Positions 1 through 11,046 of a stretch of 64,000 bases of DNA are shown here, piece after piece. Made by a program: the position numbers and the translations under genes. Origin of the DNA: Octopus bimaculoides (taxonomy: Eukaryota); assembly GCF_001194135.2 (NCBI RefSeq), contig NC_068982.1, positions 113,602,112 through 113,666,111 on the forward strand, written 5' to 3'. The notes beneath the pieces are model-generated. The model did not search any database, was not told where the DNA came from, and saw only the letters and a list, made by a program, of their open reading frames with translations. Every line of letters starts with the position of its first letter. Position 1 is the first letter of the stretch.

Positions 1-688
1 TATTCCTTCACAAAATTATCTGCAAAATCAGTAGTTAATGGGAAAGAAATAAAGAATTTCATTTTCATACAAAAGCAAAAATAGAATTGTTCAGTACTGC
101 TCTGTGTAGTTTTATTGAATCTGCACAAAATTCCTTCAAAAGTGAAAAAAAAAACACCCATGAAAATTATGTTATTTAAATTAATTATTTAAAAAAAAAA
201 CGGCTCGTGTTATCAAAACTAGATTTTACAAGTGCATGTCAAGATAAAAATTGAAAAAGTTGATTTAAGCAAACATTTGTCAATTTATTTGAATGCTTGA
301 TCAAACTTTTTTTACTAAATGCACAAATATAAACAAAAAAATTAAACAAGTTGATACAGAGACATTTGAATATGATTTAAACTCTAATCTCCATTTTCCA
401 TGGTTACACAATAAAGGAAGGACTTTTCTAACATGAAGTTCCTTGACAACACCCAGTAAGTCATCAATAAATAAAGGAAGTAAAATGCTATATATGTAAA
501 TAAGAGAATATAAAGGATTCCTGGCACTGAATTGGCATTGAATCTCCTGAACAAATTCATGCAACATTCCAATTTATCCTTGCAAAAATAATTTATTTTC
601 TATTAAATCAAGGACATGTTTGCAAAGTGCAACAAATACACTTTACAGTTATAAATGCATGTGTGTGTATGTGTGTGTGTGTGGTGGT

Positions 689-923
689 NNNNNNNNNNNN
701 NNNNNNNNNNNNNNNNNNNNNNNNNNNNNNNNNNNNNNNNNNNNNNNNNNNNNNNNNNNNNNNNNNNNNNNNNNNNNNNNNNNNNNNNNNNNNNNNNNNN
801 NNNNNNNNNNNNNNNNNNNNNNNNNNNNNNNNNNNNNNNNNNNNNNNNNNNNNNNNNNNNNNNNNNNNNNNNNNNNNNNNNNNNNNNNNNNNNNNNNNNN
901 NNNNNNNNNNNNNNNNNNNNNNN
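689..923. other. Assembly gap (N run)
   Basis: Continuous Ns. Confidence 0.99.
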
Positions 924-1254
924 AATTTATTATCTGTAAAAATCAAACAGTCCCTTACAACTGTTTCAGTTAAGCCTAAAAGATTAAACACCAATTATTA
1001 AAATCATTATATTAGGCAAAATCTTTTCAGAGAGATAGAAAAAAGATATACCATTAGGTCTTTATGAGTTGTATTTTAGAATCTAAAATATAACGCATAA
1101 CAATAAAACACATAAAAAAACCCTAACAGTATATCTTTTTTCTACCCCTCTGAAGAGATTTTGCCTAATATAATGATTTTAATAATTGCTATTTAATCTT
1201 AGGCTTAATTGAAACAGTTGTAAGGGACTGTTTGATTTTTACAGATAATAAATT
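924..1254. mobile_element. Foldback/MITE-like element, ~126-bp inverted arms, ~77-bp spacer
   Basis: 924-1051 (aatttattatctgtaaaaatcaaacagtcccttac...) is the reverse complement of 1129-1254 with a few mismatches; left arm abuts the gap so no TSD can be read. Confidence 0.65.
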
Positions 1255-1431
1255 CTTATCAAATGCTATATCTCCATTTTCTTACTTTCTTTTGAATGAT
1301 TATAAATCATGGTTTATATATAAACCTATTGTTTCATGAATATTATTATTCACAACAAATATTAGGTATTGAACTAGTAATTCATTGGATGATACCATCC
1401 CCTAATGAGGCTAATTTAACCTCTAATTGAA

Positions 1432-1465
<34 letters not shown>

Positions 1466-1466
<1 letters not shown>

Positions 1467-1513
1467 CATCATCATCGTTTAACGTCCGCTTTCCATGCTA
1501 GCATGGGTTGGAC
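1466..1513 (-). mobile_element. RTE-type 3' tail (family D), very short copy
   Basis: rc reads gtccaacccatgctagcatggaaagcggacgttaaacgatgatgatg, the (GAT)n tail recurring >15 times in the window. Confidence 0.8.
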
Positions 1514-1779
1514 AAACCCACTTCAAGAATTGCAAACCATTATAAGCCATGATTTTCTAAATTTATAAAGAATGAATTGGATGTTGTTTGAGTTCTTGTG
1601 CTCTACTGGTCTCATATACATATTTACAAATGAACCAATTACAAAGATATATTTTACAAAGAGAGAATTCTTTCAGAGCATTCAACTGACAAGAAATAGC
1701 AACCAAGCTCATTCAAATCATACCCCATATGTACTTTTTTTTTTATTTTATTTTATTTATTTTTTATTAAAGGTTACAT

Positions 1780-2275
1780 TGACTAAAATAGTCTCTTGTA
1801 TATTAAAAGAAAGGATGGCCAAGGCTGGAATGCCTTCGATCATAGGTTTATTAAATAAAAGGTGACCTGGTATTAAAGAACAAACAAACAATACATTAAT
1901 GCTACAGATATTTTACTAAAGCCTCCAAAATTTTGATTATATTGAAAATTATTTGAAAATACACGGACCACTTACTCATTAGAAATTATAGTTGTGAAAG
2001 TATTAAGTTTATCTTATAATGTCTGTACACTTTGTTTCCTTAAATATGATATACCTCTGTATAAAATGGCATTGAAATGAGCTACCGAGGAAGCCAATAT
2101 GCATAGCTCAACAAGCTAAAGATAGCACTGGAGGCATCCTCAAATCTCACCCTATTATCTTAAAAACAGATAAAAGACATCTCAAACAAAAAAAAAACAA
2201 GATACAATGGTCCAGACTGGAACAGCTTTGATCATAACATCAGTTAGACCTGACTTTGAGCTAAACAAAATGCAA
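1780..2275 (+). mobile_element. Two partial copies of interspersed repeat family F (SINE-like, ...gacctggggctaaacaacaac tail)
   Basis: ggatggccaaggctggaatgccttcgatcatagg...gacctggtattaaagaacaaacaa and a related copy at 2065-2275; similar copies at 2660-2800(-), 14950-15425 and 42290-42475(-). Confidence 0.5.
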
Positions 2276-2580
2276 TATGGAAAATAACTAACTTGAACGT
2301 ACTAAGCAAATAATTTTTTGGAAAATTACCAACATTTAAAAATTGGAAGTTTTATTTACAAAATACTTTAATTTGGAAGCTCATAATTCTTTCTATAGAG
2401 AGTAGGTGTTTGACACTTGGACAATTTGGCTAATAAGTAGAATTCTATTATAAAGTAAGATTAGATTTGTAAATTAAGGATTAAGATCGATTATTTAAGT
2501 ACTTCAAGTGATTCGTAGAAAATTAATATAAAATTCCAAGTACTGATGACTAATTACATGACCTTTCATGAACAATTAAA

Positions 2581-2614
2581 TTAGGGTTAGGGTTAGGGTT
2601 AGGGTTAGGGTTAG
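2581..2614 (+). repeat. Interstitial telomere-type repeat (TTAGGG)5 TTAG
   Basis: Five perfect TTAGGG units plus TTAG. Confidence 0.9.
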
Positions 2615-2809
2615 TTAAATCAATGGTGAGCAAACCTTGAAACCTGGTTTTGGTGGTGGTGGGGGGTTGCTGTTGTTGGTTAGTCCATGGTTAGCTCCTG
2701 ATGAGAAGCTCTACGATTCTTAAAGGCATCCTTGCTGTGATTATCCTGTCTTTTTTTTTCTCTAGGCATAGCAAACCCAGGATAATATTTTCCAAAGTGT
2801 TATTTTATG

Positions 2810-4560
2810 TACTTTCCATGCTGATACGGGTAGAATAGTTAGACAGGATCCAACAAGTTGGAGGACCATGTCATGCTCCAGTGTCTCAGTTTTAACACTG
2901 TCTAACGCCAACTATTTTGCAGGGTGTACTGGATGCTATTTTTATAATACTAGTGAGATTACCTTGAAACATAAAGTTAAAGAGCTCTTTGCTTGGAAAG
3001 GAGAATTGGAGAAAGAGCAGTCGCTTCATGCAATGTATGAAAAATCAATGCAAAATGAGAAGAATAGGAACAGGCTTGTTGTTAGAAAGATTCTTGGCTA
3101 CTTCTCATTTTACATGGATAGGCAAGGGTGGCTGGAGTAGCGCCATAAAGAGAGATATATGTAATAATGTTGATGAGATGCTAGAACATACCATGAAGGT
3201 AATATGTCCAAGATGTATAGAGGAGGTGAAAGTAGTGAATGGTGAACAGGAGTAGGGGTGACTGGTAGTAAATATGAGTATGAAGATAAGAATGATGGAC
3301 AGATGTCACTTGAGAAAATTGTGAGTAGCTCAGAGGAGAGGGAGTAGTGACTGGCAGTACAAAAATGGGGATATGATATGATATGATTTGTAGAAATAGG
3401 TTCTAATTTCATTACTTACATCAGAATAATATAGTTGATAGGAGAGTGATGCAGGGGTTAAGTGATAGGAAATGAGACGTGGGGTTAAATGTTGCAAGAG
3501 TATGGTGTGGGGGAATGAGAGATGCATAGAACAGAGTGAGATTAGACAATGATAAAAATTATGGTAAATACTGGTGGTGGTGGGGGGGTTCAATGGTAAG
3601 AATGAGGTATGGGTGATGAAAGGAAAGGACTCAAAAAGAATCCCAATTATCTAAGTGGAAGGAAAGGGAAGAGAGAAAGTAAAAAAAAAAACAGCGATTC
3701 TAGATTTCACAAGAATGCTAGGTAAAGGATCCAGTTGTATGCACAGTGTGCAAACACATGCTTCCACAACTTCAGTTGTGTGCATACACATTATGCTTTC
3801 AGAATTTCATTTATGCCATGTAAGCATCGCGGAGTGAGTCTTTTCAGGACTGCATATTACCAATCTTTTCAGTTTCTTATTATCCCCACCATACTTGACA
3901 TCCTGGGATCAGTCATCAAACCTCATCTCAGATTTTCCTTAGTCTCACTCTTCCATCAGTTCTGTCATTCTGGCAATTCTTTATAAAACAAATCTCATCC
4001 ATATACAATCTTATCCATATGCAACAGCCAAACCAATACAGTCTTCTCCCATGCACACCACCTCTGATTCCTCTTATATCCATTTTTTTCTCTAAACACA
4101 TTTGTATTTTGCCATTCATGCACACTGACATTGCATATCCAGTAAAGAATGTTTACTTCACATTTCACTAGTCTTTGTAGATCTCCTGTATTCAAGGTTC
4201 ATGTTTTACTACCCACTGGCATTGCAGTTCTTACACAGCCTTTATACAGCCTGCTTTTCATTCTGAAAGAAAAACCGTTTTTTTTCTTTTACCAACATTA
4301 GTTGCAGATCCCTAAACTTTCCCCAAATTGTTTTTACTCTGGCTACTATTGCTAATTAGGTCACTTACCTAACAGAAAATATCTACCACCTCTAGGATCC
4401 CTCCTGAGCAATTGAAAACATTTACTTCTTATACACTCTTTGTATTTATCAATGCACATCTGTCACATACAAAATCTGCTTCCTCTGTTAACCTGCCCAT
4501 GATTTCATTGTATCTCTAATGTGTCCATTGTTTGCTTTCGGTACACCATGTGGAATTTCT
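2810..4560 (-). mobile_element. 5'-truncated RTE-clade LINE: degenerate ORF C-terminus, long pyrimidine-rich 3' UTR, family-D tail
   Basis: Minus-strand frames give WICNVSVHEWQNTNVFREK and MDIRGIRGGVHGRRLYWFG (RTE C-terminal RRLxWFGH region) at ~3840-4560; purine-rich plus-strand tract 2960-3700; D-like tail 2810-2945. Confidence 0.7.
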
Positions 4561-4602
4561 AATGTACTCATATATTATTAATAATAATAATCATCATCAT
4601 AA

Positions 4603-4943
4603 TCTTACTATAATGGGCATTATGTCTATCTGTCTGTCTGTTCCCTTTTCACAGTCAAATGGCTGGACCAATGATCACAATGTTTTTCAGGATTACAAAG
4701 GAGGTAATCAGGAAAGTTTTTAGAGTAAAAAATGTGAAAAAGTATGATTATTTAGTAGATATTGACTCTTGTATTAATAAATCACCTTTGATGATCTTCT
4801 TTGTTTTTTTGTTAAAATTCTTGCGACGAGGATTTACTCTGGATCCCTACCCCCACCCCCATCCCGTATAGTTCATGAACTTAGAGGGTTTAGATTTGTG
4901 ATACTATCCCCTTATTTCTCATCATAGATGGGCAGATTTGCTG
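4603..4943 (+). mobile_element. Non-autonomous Helitron, unit 1 of a head-to-tail dimer (internally deleted)
   Basis: A|TCTTACTATAATGGGC 5' end; 3' end atcatagatgggcagatttgctg matches the 3' end of unit 2. Confidence 0.7.
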
Positions 4944-6056
4944 TCTCACTATAATGAGCATTATGTCCATCTATCTGTCCGTCTGTCCATCTCTTTGTTC
5001 CCTCTCCTCGGTCAGACAGCTGGACCAATGGTTACGATATTTTGGGGGATTACAATGACAATTGTCAGGAAGGTTTTTAGCATTAAAAAATCAAAAAGTA
5101 TGATTATTTTGTGGATATCAATTTTTGAATTGATAAACCACTTTCACATTTTTATTAAAAATTCACTGACCACAAGTAACTCTGGATTTTCAATGTACAG
5201 TTGATACATAGATATGAATGGGGTCACGAGGATGGTTAATAGCAAAAATAAAATGGAAAAAGTGTTTATCAGTATATAGTGCGTGTGATTATTTAGTAGT
5301 TATTGAAGTGTGTCAGTCTCAAGCTGGATTCAAAATGGCTAATTGAAGCAGCTGTTGTTTACATCTCAGTTTTGTCAATCAAAATAACCCATGGTACCAG
5401 AACATCTAGACATTATTTGCAAAGAACATGAGAAGTAAGTCTTAGTTTGATTTTTTGCAACCCTAAACATTCCCCTCATGCATTCACAGCAAACAAGGCA
5501 CAGGGCAAGACTTTAGATCATGTAGGTGTATTTTTACTCACTCCAATGTTTACACACTACTCATAGGGACACTCATATGTCAATATGAGTAGAGTAATTT
5601 GAAAATTAATGTCAAGTAAATAGAAAATATTGTCTACAAAGAAGTTTTGTGATCATATTGATATTATCGAAAGGAATATGATTCATAATTTAAATAAGGA
5701 AATTTGTGAACTTTGAATGTATGAGAGTATAAACAAGCGTAAATAGTGTAAACAACTAAAATAAAAGTATATCTGAGTAACATTTTTTCTTAATACTTTT
5801 TATGTAGTGGTCAAAGGAATCTCTGGCTTTCGTTAGGAGTGGTCCACATAACCATTCATGATATAGAGAACTATTTCAGTTCGGGATTGAATCATCATCA
5901 CATGTCACTTAGTTGCAAACACATGTCATGTAGGTGTAAAAGAATGCTGTATCAACAACAATAATATGATTTCTCTAAGACATCACCCAGTAATCTATCA
6001 AGTCCATTTACCCTCACTCATTTTATGCTTCTATCATAGATGGGTAGATTGGCTAG
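4944..6056 (+). mobile_element. Non-autonomous Helitron, unit 2, with a PIF1 helicase motif V-VI remnant
   Basis: TCTCACTATAATGAGC 5' end, ...gattggCTAG|T 3' end; 5477-5600 translates HAFTANKAQGKTLDHVGVFLLTPMFTH and, after a break, GHSYVNMSRV. Confidence 0.75.
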
Positions 6057-6084
6057 TAATAATAATAATGGTAATAATAATAAT

Positions 6085-6268
6085 AATTCTTTCTAATTTT
6101 GACACAAAGCCAGAAATTTTAAGGAATGGTTAAATCAATTACATTGACCACAGGGCTCAACAGGTTCTTATTTTATCAACTCCTAAAGGATGAAAGGCAG
6201 AGTTGATTTCAGCAAAATTTAAACGTGAAGAGTTGGAAGAAACTAATGATTTTGCCAGCTCACCTCCC
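6085..6268 (-). mobile_element. tRNA-derived SINE family B (Meta/MESC-like core)
   Basis: rc contains actctgcctttcatcctttaggagttgataaaataagaacc, the core shared by all B copies; flanked by (TAA)n. Confidence 0.7.
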
Positions 6269-6292
6269 TAATAATAATAACAACAACAATAA

Positions 6293-6990
6293 TACTATTA
6301 CATCAAATACAGAAAAGACAACACATCAGAAAGTTATAAGTGCAGAACTGTGGACAAAATAGTGAAACTGTATGGCATATTACCAGTTAATGTATGCCAC
6401 TAGCCACAAAAGAATATAAGAGACATTATGACAACATAGCAAGGATTGATTATTGGACACTTTGCAACAAGTATGGACTTGACAAAGTAAAAAAGTGGTA
6501 TGAACATAAACCTGAAGGCTTCATCGAAAATGATAATGCAAAGATCCTCTGGGATTTTATGATTCAGTGCGACCATGAGATAGAGAATAGGAAACTAAAC
6601 ATAGTGTTAATTGAGAAAGAAAACAAACTATGCTGGATCATAGACATAGAATGCCCAGCTGACAACAAGGTATGTGATAAAGAAGAAAGAAAAGTCAATA
6701 GATATGATAGGTTAGCTTTGGAGGTTAAGCAGCTGTGGTCGCTGAAAAAGGTAGTAGTAGTAGTAGCAATAACTGTTGGAGCCCTGAGAACAGTGAGTAA
6801 AAATCTTGAGCAGTATATGGAACAAATAGGGGCTGCAATAAGGGTGGAGCACTTGCAGAAAACAGCACTGCTAGGAACCGCTTAAATACTCCGGATGGTG
6901 CTCAAAAAATAAGGGGTGTTACCTTAGTTCACTGGTAGTGAACAGCTGACACCGTAGTGAATTTCCAGCGTTAGAAGCTGTGCAAAGGCA
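6293..6990 (+). mobile_element. 5'-truncated R4/Dong-like non-LTR retrotransposon (CCHC knuckle plus restriction-like endonuclease), pseudogenised
   Basis: Frameshifted CRxCGQNSETVWHITS*C knuckle; ORF 6394-6885 with YKRHYDNIA, ILWDF, IIDIECP and LQKTALLGTA motifs; ends in (TAA)n. Confidence 0.85.
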
Positions 6991-7011
6991 ATAAATAATA
7001 ATAGTAATAAT

Positions 7012-7227
7012 AATCCTTTCTACTATAGGTGCAAGGCCCAGAATTTTGTTGGAGGGGACTAGTTGATTACAACAACCCCAGTGTTTCACTGACACTTAAT
7101 TTATTGACCTTGAAAGGATGAAAGTGAAGTCAGCTTCAGCGGAATTTGAACTCAGAACATCGAGACAGACAAAATGCCGCTAAGCATTTCACCCAGAATG
7201 TTAACTATTCTGCCAGCTCGCCACCTT
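7012..7227 (-). mobile_element. SINE family B, near full length
   Basis: rc: aaggtggcgagctggcagaa...gttctgagttcaaattccgc...ctttcatcctttcaaggtcaataaattaagt...cctatagtagaaaggattatt. Confidence 0.85.
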
Positions 7228-7242
7228 AATAATAATAATAAT

Positions 7243-7291
<49 letters not shown>

Positions 7292-7323
7292 GCAACAACA
7301 ACAACAACAGCAACAACAACAAC
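7228..7323 (+). repeat. (AAT)n(AAC)n microsatellite
   Basis: Direct reading; source of the poly-Asn ORF 7174-7383. Confidence 0.95.
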
Positions 7324-7685
7324 AAGAGCACTCAGAAAGCACAACCTCCACTAAGGCAACACCAATGTCCTCTCAACAATTAGTCAGAAATGCTTTTTAA
7401 AATGAGAATATCTGAAATAAACTTGACCTCTCTCACAAATGAGAATACTAAAAATGAACTCGACCGCTCTCAAAAATTAAGTGAAAAAAAACAGAAAAAT
7501 AATCCAGAATCCTTGTCTGGAACTGGATTGATCCCAAAATCTAATCAGTTTGTGTCAGTCATGAGGCCAAACATCTCTGAGAGTTTCATCTGAATCCATC
7601 CAGCAGTTCTTGAGATATCTTATCCACAGACAAACAAACAAATCTGACTGAAAACAATACCTCCACTTTCACTAAGGTGGAGGTA
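7322..7685 (+). mobile_element. HINE/DINE-1-like (Helentron-associated) non-autonomous element
   Basis: 5' subterminal acctccactaagg; 3' hairpin acctccac-tttcactaag-gtggaggt; internal gatcccaaaatctaatcag...gtttcatctgaatcc...acaaacaaacaa body typical of HINEs. Confidence 0.6.
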
Positions 7686-7694
7686 ATAGTAGTA

Positions 7695-7744
<50 letters not shown>

Positions 7745-7745
<1 letters not shown>

Positions 7746-10085
7746 TGACCCACAATTAAAAAAAGACCAACTAAATTGACAAGATGATTATAAGAAACTG
7801 CAAGAGAAGGTGAACTAGTTTAGCAAAGGGGTAGATTGACAACAAAAATGCATATGACAAAGTCCCCAACTCATGGATTTTCAACACATTCAATTGCTCA
7901 ACTGCAAATAACATCTTTGAACTGATATGAATAAGCATGGAAAATTGGGAAACAAAACTAACAACTGGAGGACACCCTTTTGGAAAAGTCAAAATAGACC
8001 AAAGTATCTTCCAAGATGACAGCCTGTCACTTCTACTGTTTGTGATTGCACTTATCTCACACTACCTAGAATTAGGATGAAAAGTAAAAATTGGATATAT
8101 CCAAAGAAAAGACCAAGAAATAGTTAACTAGTTCCTATTTAAGGTTCAACTAAAGCTATATGGCAAAATCGAGAGGGAATTAGAAACCCTCGTCAGTACT
8201 GTGAGAGTGTTTAACAATGACATCAGAATGGAATTTGGCATTTCCAAACGTGGAATCCTTGTGATAAAGAAGTAGAAATAGCATAAAAGTGATAAATGAA
8301 TATACTAAAAAGAAATGAGAGATTGATATGGGTCATGGATACAGATACCTGCAAGTCATGGAAACTAATAGTATAAAGGATGAAACAATAAAAGATAGTC
8401 AGGAAAGAATATTTCCGAAGGATAAAGAAAATACAAAAAATTCAAATTCAATAGCATAAATACAGTGGTACACTTCCATAAACTCATGAGCCACATTCAT
8501 CATCAGGTACAGTATCAGAATAGTCAGCTGGACAATGGAAGACCTTAAGAATGTAAATAGAAAAACAGGGAAATTGTTGACAATCAACAGGGCTTTACAC
8601 CCTCAAGTATATGTTGACCGATTTTATTTCAATCGATAATTGTAGAAAACTTGTGGAAGTAGAAATAGAGAAGTGAAGAAAGTGTGTTGCTGAGAGTGAA
8701 GAAATGCTTTTGAAATAGAATTAAGAAGAGGGGATATTTTATCTGAAGGAACAGAAAAAAGTAAAACTCTAGAAAACAACAATACAGATTGAAAGATTTA
8801 CATGGAAAGATTATTTTTAAAACATTTTTCAAACTTTGGTAGCAGAAGTAATTTCAGTGACTAAGTCATTTTTCAGTGACCAAGTTATCTTGGTTCTAAC
8901 TGTGCAGGATCAAATATATCAGGAAGGACATAGATAAGAAAGACACTTGGCTGGATGTAAAATGTGTGGTGAAGAGAAGAGACAGTTCTGCATATAGTCT
9001 CTGAACATAAAATATCGGCTCAGAGAGTATGTAAGAATTGAAGACCTGGCATTGTTGTTGGAATTATACATTGGCAAAATTGTAAAAAAAAGTTATGGAT
9101 TTGAAGGTATAGGAAAATAATACGGCCATAAAACAGAACATCATCATCATCATCATCGTTTAACGTCCGCTTTCCATGCTAGCATGGGTTGGACGATTTG
9201 ACTGAGGACTGGTGAAACCAGATGGCTACACCAGGCTCCAATCTGATTTGGCAGAGTTTCTACAGCTGGATGCCCTTCCTAACACCAACCACTCAGAGAG
9301 TGTAGTGGGTGCTTTTACGTGCCACCGGCACGAAGGCCAGTCAGGCAGTACTGGCAACAGCCATGCTCAAAATGGTGTATTTTATGTGCCACCCGCACAA
9401 GAGCCAGTCCAGAGGCACTGGCAATGATCTCGCTCGAAAGTCCTTACACATGCCATGGGCACAAGTACCAGAAAGGCAATGCTGGGCACAGGTGCCATCC
9501 CGATGTCCTTGAAAATTTCCAATTAAAAGTACAATGGGATATGAAGCTTCAAAAGGGTTAAACAAATATAACTTTCATGGCCAGATATTCTCATACTCAA
9601 TAAAGAGAAAAGAGTGTGTTGCTTAATGGATGCAGTGTGGACATCTCGTGTAAGAGTAGGAGAAAAAATGTGAGAAAATAGGTATATAGCAGGGATTAAA
9701 ATACAAACTTCAAAGAATTTGGAGCTGCTGCAAAGTTAAGATTGTCCCAATTGTAAATGGAGCCTCAGTTCCAAATGATGAGAAAGTCAATATGAGAAGT
9801 ATAGAGAAAATACCAGGACCTAGACATTGAGTTACAGAGACTATGGAAAGTGTGAGTAAAATGTATCCCTGTAGTTATAGGTGCATTAGGAACTATCCCT
9901 AAAGATTTGAACAAATGGATAGAGGAAATAAGCATAAAAGCTAGTTCAGTGCAGCTCCAGAAAACAGTGTTATCGGGAATAGCTAGGTTACTTGGGAATG
10001 TTCTTGGTATCTAAGGTTACTTGTTGTTGCTAAATGTTAGGAATCTTTCTTTTCCAACATAAACTCTTGTGCATATATGAAATAT
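7745..10085 (+). mobile_element. R4/Dong-like non-LTR retrotransposon, degenerate RT-to-RLE region with a duplicated RLE end
   Basis: Translatable pieces NAYDKVPNSWI, IFQDDSLSLLLFVIAL, LKLYGK, RKTGKLLTINRALHPQVYVDRFY, WPDILILNKEK and EKYQDLDIELQRLWKV...VIGALGTIPK...LQKTVLSGIARLLGNVLGI*; starts in (TAA)n; interrupted by a D element at 9139-9495. Confidence 0.85.
9139..9495 (-). mobile_element. Family D (RTE-tailed) element inserted in the R4-like element
   Basis: catcatcatcgtttaacgtccgctttccatgctagcatgggttggacg tail, ggatgcccttcctaacaccaaccac core, internal ~70-bp repeats. Confidence 0.85.
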
Positions 10086-10094
10086 TGATAATAA

Positions 10095-10285
10095 TATTTT
10101 GGTGCAAGGTCAAAAATTTTAGGGAGAGAAAAGGTTAGACAATTACCCAGACTCCATTGTTAAGCAGGTACTCATGTTATCAATTTTTAAAGGATGGAAA
10201 CAAAATCAACATCAGCAGAATTTGAACTCACAGTGTAATGAATTGGAAGAAATACTACTAAGCAGTTTGTCTATCTCACTGCCTT
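10095..10285 (-). mobile_element. SINE family B, degenerate
   Basis: aggatggaaacaaaatcaacatcagcagaatttgaactc matches the B core; flanked by TAA tracts. Confidence 0.65.
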
Positions 10286-10315
10286 AATAATACTAATAAA
10301 GGGGATAATGATGCT

Positions 10316-10362
<47 letters not shown>

Positions 10363-10697
10363 TTTAGAAAATAATATTTTGAAAATTACTAAGTGAAAAG
10401 TATTTATTATTATTAAGGGAAATAATCAATCATTTACATTTGATTTGATACTGAAATGTTTAGAACTAATTATGAATCTCACAACTGAGGCGCACTTATG
10501 TGTGTGTGCATATGTATGACTGTATGTGTTATATGTGTGCTATATGTGTGTGTGAATGTATATTTATGTATATGTATGCACTTGTTCCTGTGTATACATA
10601 TATGTAGTAGTGAGTGTCTACTCTTGTTTCTGTATGTATGTGTGTGAATGTATGTGTGTGAATGTGTATGTGTGTGTGTGTGTGTGCACGTGTGTGT

Positions 10698-10734
<37 letters not shown>

Positions 10735-11046
10735 AATGTAAGAATGGCTGTTCTTAGCAAGCTACAAACAATGGATATCTGATAAAGTGTAATGATGCCA
10801 AAACACATGTCCTATGGTTCAATGACACCATTCATAGCCCAGTGACATGTTTTTCACACACATTGTCTAAAAGATGTATTTCGCTCAGGAGACAATTTTT
10901 ACAGCAAAGGTCTGTCCATATTTGACGGTATACAAATGTGTTAGATATAATCATACACACCCATATTTCAATGAAAGCTGCTTTCTGTGCTTCTAGTTAA
11001 GGTAATGTGTGTTTTATGCATATATATACATATATATATATATATA

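Noticed and set aside
301-572. Minus-strand ORFs with an RT-like phrase (LFIDDLL)
   Set aside because: Only one short motif-like stretch; could be an ancient LINE scrap or chance, so no call is supportable.
608-1001. Long ORFs crossing N runs (also 13408-13908 and 40355-41149)
   Set aside because: Artefacts of translating gaps.
7174-7383. Poly-Asn ORF and the many HT/CV/YI-repeat ORFs (e.g. 10479-10808, 25361-25727, 45645-45900)
   Set aside because: Translations of microsatellites.
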